A stretch of 64,000 bases of DNA, taken from the human T2T-CHM13v2.0 reference genome, Homo sapiens. The stretch lies in assembly GCF_009914755.1 (NCBI RefSeq), contig NC_060933.1. One strand, given 5' to 3'. Positions 61,150 through 64,000 of the stretch are shown in pieces. The translations under genes were made by a program, and so were the position numbers. Below the pieces are notes generated by a model, which was given only the letters and a program-made list of their open reading frames with translations, searched no databases and had not been told where the DNA came from. Each line of letters begins with the position of its first letter. The first letter of the stretch is position 1.

Positions 61150-62660
61150 CCTGTAGATGGTATCATTTCTTTCAGTTCAGAAACATGCCCTGGTATTTTT
61201 CATATTAATAGGAAAAGTACCTTGACAGCATAGGACCTCCCAGTTGCCTGTCTCATTTCTTCTGCTCCCTTGTACTTTATAGTTCTCAAAAGATTCAATG
61301 TACACACTGTCTCCATGACCTCACTTGTCATTCATTCCTCAGCCTACTCCAGTCTGGCTTCTTGTCCCTATTACTATAGCAAAACTGCTCTTGACAAATT
61401 CACATAGAATTCATATTGCCAGATGAAATGGGCTATTTAATATTCTCACCTTTCTGGACCTCTCTAAGAGGATTCAACCCTCTTAATCACTTTTTTCCTG
61501 AAAGACCTTCCACTCTTGGCCTCTGTAATATCATTACCTACATATGTCTCTGGTTTTTCTTTTTCTATTTCCCTGGATAGCTCTTCTACTAAATAAATCC
61601 ACAAGGCTCTTTCCTAGACCCCCTTATTTTCTATGTACTATCATCCTAATTAACATCATGTGTTCATGGGCTTTAATATCACCCATAAACTGATAATACC
61701 CAGGTTAGCTCTAACTGGGACATCTTTTTGGGCTCTAGTCACATGTATTGAACTCACCAATTTGTTGCCACCATCTCAAAATCAGCATGTTCAAAACTTG
61801 GCCTTTGGCTTTCTTCCAAAGCCTATTTCTCCCCATGTGTTCAGGATTTCTATAAATATTACCATCCACCCAGCTGCTTAAGTCAGAAACATAGGACCCA
61901 TTCTTGATTCATGTGCCTCTCTTAACACCCACATGCATATTAATCGCAAATTCAATTGCACCCACCACGAAAATACATTAGAAGATCAGTCCATTTCTTC
62001 CCATCTCCACTGCCACCAACCTGGTCCAGGCCATCATGATTTCTCACCAGGTTTTCCCCCACAATAACCTCTCACTTCTTTTCTTTTGCCTTTTCCAACT
62101 CTTCCCCTCACAACGCATTTGCAGAGACTTTAGCAATATTCATCAGCTCACATCATTTTCCTATTTAAAACTCTTCAATGGTTCCCATCATGCATAGAAT
62201 AAAGTCTAGCCATTGACCCATAAGGGGGTACTATACAATCTGGCCCCATGTTTCTCCCTAAATTCATCCCGTAGCACTCTTTGCCTCCTTCTCTGGCTCC
62301 AGCCTATTAATCTCTTAGTTCCTCAAACATGCCAAGTTCTTTACTGTTGAAGAGAGTTTGCACATGTTGCTCCCTCTACCTGGAATGCACTTCCTATACT
62401 AGATCTTTCTCCACCCTTAGATTATAACAGCCTCAATGTAACCTCTTCAGAGAAGATTTCCCTGACCTCCCTCTAATATTATACCCCTTGTGCCAGTTAT
62501 TTTATGCCACTGCACTTTTTGTATTTCACAATTAGGTTTCATCTACTTGTTTATTGGCTGTGTCTCCCACTAGACTGTGATCTGCACAAGGACAGCAGTA
62601 AGCCCAGCGCCTAGGACAATGCCTAACACATTATAGGCAATCAACAAACATTTAAATAAT
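61150..62660 (+). mobile_element. L2 long 3' fragment
   Basis: cattcctcagcctactccagtctggcttc...ccatccacccagctgcttaagtcagaaac...ctcccactagactgtga...caatgcctaacacattataggcaatcaacaaacattt. Confidence 0.8.
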
Positions 62661-62989
62661 TAATCAGCTTTATAAGAATTTGCAAAATGACATCCATACT
62701 GGGAAAATAAATAATCTCTTCAGCCCCAGCAACTCTTTTTTTTTTTTAATTTAGGGTTTTTTGAGGTTTTTTTAATGGTCTGCATATACCACACACTACC
62801 ACTGGCACTTTTACATATTACCTAACTTGTTTTTCTCAATAAATTTTCAAGATAAGGATTATTCTCCAAACTGTACTTATCAAGAAGCTCACAAGCAATG
62901 AGATAAGGTAGGTCACTCATAATGATACAGAGTGTCAGGGATAGAACCCAAATCTAACTCCAATCTTCTGAAACTCTCTTGATTATACC

Positions 62990-63142
62990 CAGGGCTGGCT
63001 TCGGGGACATGAGATTGGTTTAATTGCACATGGCCCCATGCTGTAATGTTCTGCTGTTGCCATTTAAAATTATTAATTTCTGAATATGGGGACTTGCATA
63101 TTTATTTTCCACTGGACCCCATAAATTATACAGATGCTTCAC
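62990..63142 (+). mobile_element. MER91-like hAT-Tip100 MITE
   Basis: cagggctggcttc...ttgcacatggcccc...cactggaccccataaattat. Confidence 0.6.
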
Positions 63143-63706
63143 AGGTTTTGCTGTGAAAAGCTTCCTTGACTTTATTCCTATTAGCTCGGCATCTCAGAAG
63201 AATTTAGGATCTAAGAACACTGATTTACACTGTGCTAAAAGTTGTAAAGTACTTACTAAGGCGTTAAGACCAAAAAAAAAAAATTCAGACCTAATCCCAG
63301 AGGTAATTCTCGATTTTTTTCCTCTGTCTTCAGAAACGCCTGCTTATCTCCTTTTTATGTCTGCCATTTTATGATTTCATCCTTGAATAAAAGATTACTT
63401 CCCCAATTTTACTCTTTCTAATCCCATGAAACTAGATTTTAGACATTGGTAGTCAGCTAAGAAATGGCTTTGTATAATGCAGTATTGCTCCTGGTTAGTG
63501 CATTATTCACAAATTCACTAAAACCACAAACAACTGAATTGATTAATTATACCTTAGAACAATAATGCCTTACGGTATTTTTTTTCTTCAGTGGTCAATG
63601 ATTCCATCTTGTACCATGGAGTCCAGGTTGTTGTTGATAGACTCAAAGTGGTGATACACATCTCTCCTTAAACCCTCCTCAGTCTTACTCTAAAGTTTTT
63701 ATAACT

Positions 63707-63898
63707 GAGGGGTTCTCAAACTGTCATGCCCAGACCATCAGAAGCAGAAGCAACACCTGGAAACTCGTTAAAAATGCAAATTCTCACACCACACTTCAGC
63801 TGTATTTATTTAGAAAATCCAGAGGATGGGACCCAGTAAGCTGTGGTTTAACAAGCCCTCCAGGTGATTCTGATATATGCTAACATCGAGAACCACCA
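63707..63898. mobile_element. MER5A-like hAT MITE
   Basis: ggttctcaaact...aaatgcaaattctc...tttaacaagccctccaggtgattctgat...gagaaccac. Confidence 0.85.
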
Positions 63899-63934
63899 TC
63901 ATAGATAATGGTCACTAAAATAGTGTTATCCTCA

Positions 63935-64000
63935 CTAGCAAAGACATGGAATCAACCTAGGTGCCCATCAACAGTGGACTGCATAAAGAAAATGTGGTAC
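63935..64000 (+). mobile_element. L1 3' region, continuing beyond the window
   Basis: tagcaaagacatggaatcaacctaggtgcccatcaacagtggactg. Confidence 0.75.

Overview
AT-rich, CpG-poor simian primate (human-like) genomic DNA, dominated by transposable-element relics: a full-length ~6.2-kb L1PA6-like LINE-1 (ORF1 and ORF2 broken, antisense ORF0 intact), a Tigger1 split by a twin-primed inverted L1 that itself carries an Alu, about 9 Alus or Alu fragments, MaLR and MER34 LTRs, L2/MIR and hAT MITEs. I cannot name a host gene. Splice signals suggest the 3' end of a minus-strand transcript: a strong branch point and acceptor at 1166, a 52-nt candidate exon at 2401-2452 and AATAAA sites at 417-422 and 194-199. 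Most of the rest looks like long intron, which fits the mostly plus-strand (antisense) L1/LTR orientation. Best leads: (1) the intact L1 ORF0 pointing toward the putative terminal exon in a compatible phase; (2) an ~800-bp almost pure-purine expansion grown from an internal L1 A-tract; (3) a candidate poison exon or recursive splice site at 15335; (4) a near-perfect RFX X-box. Repeat family names come from recalled consensus sequences, and old-repeat boundaries are approximate. I cannot demonstrate a novel multi-gene system from this sequence.
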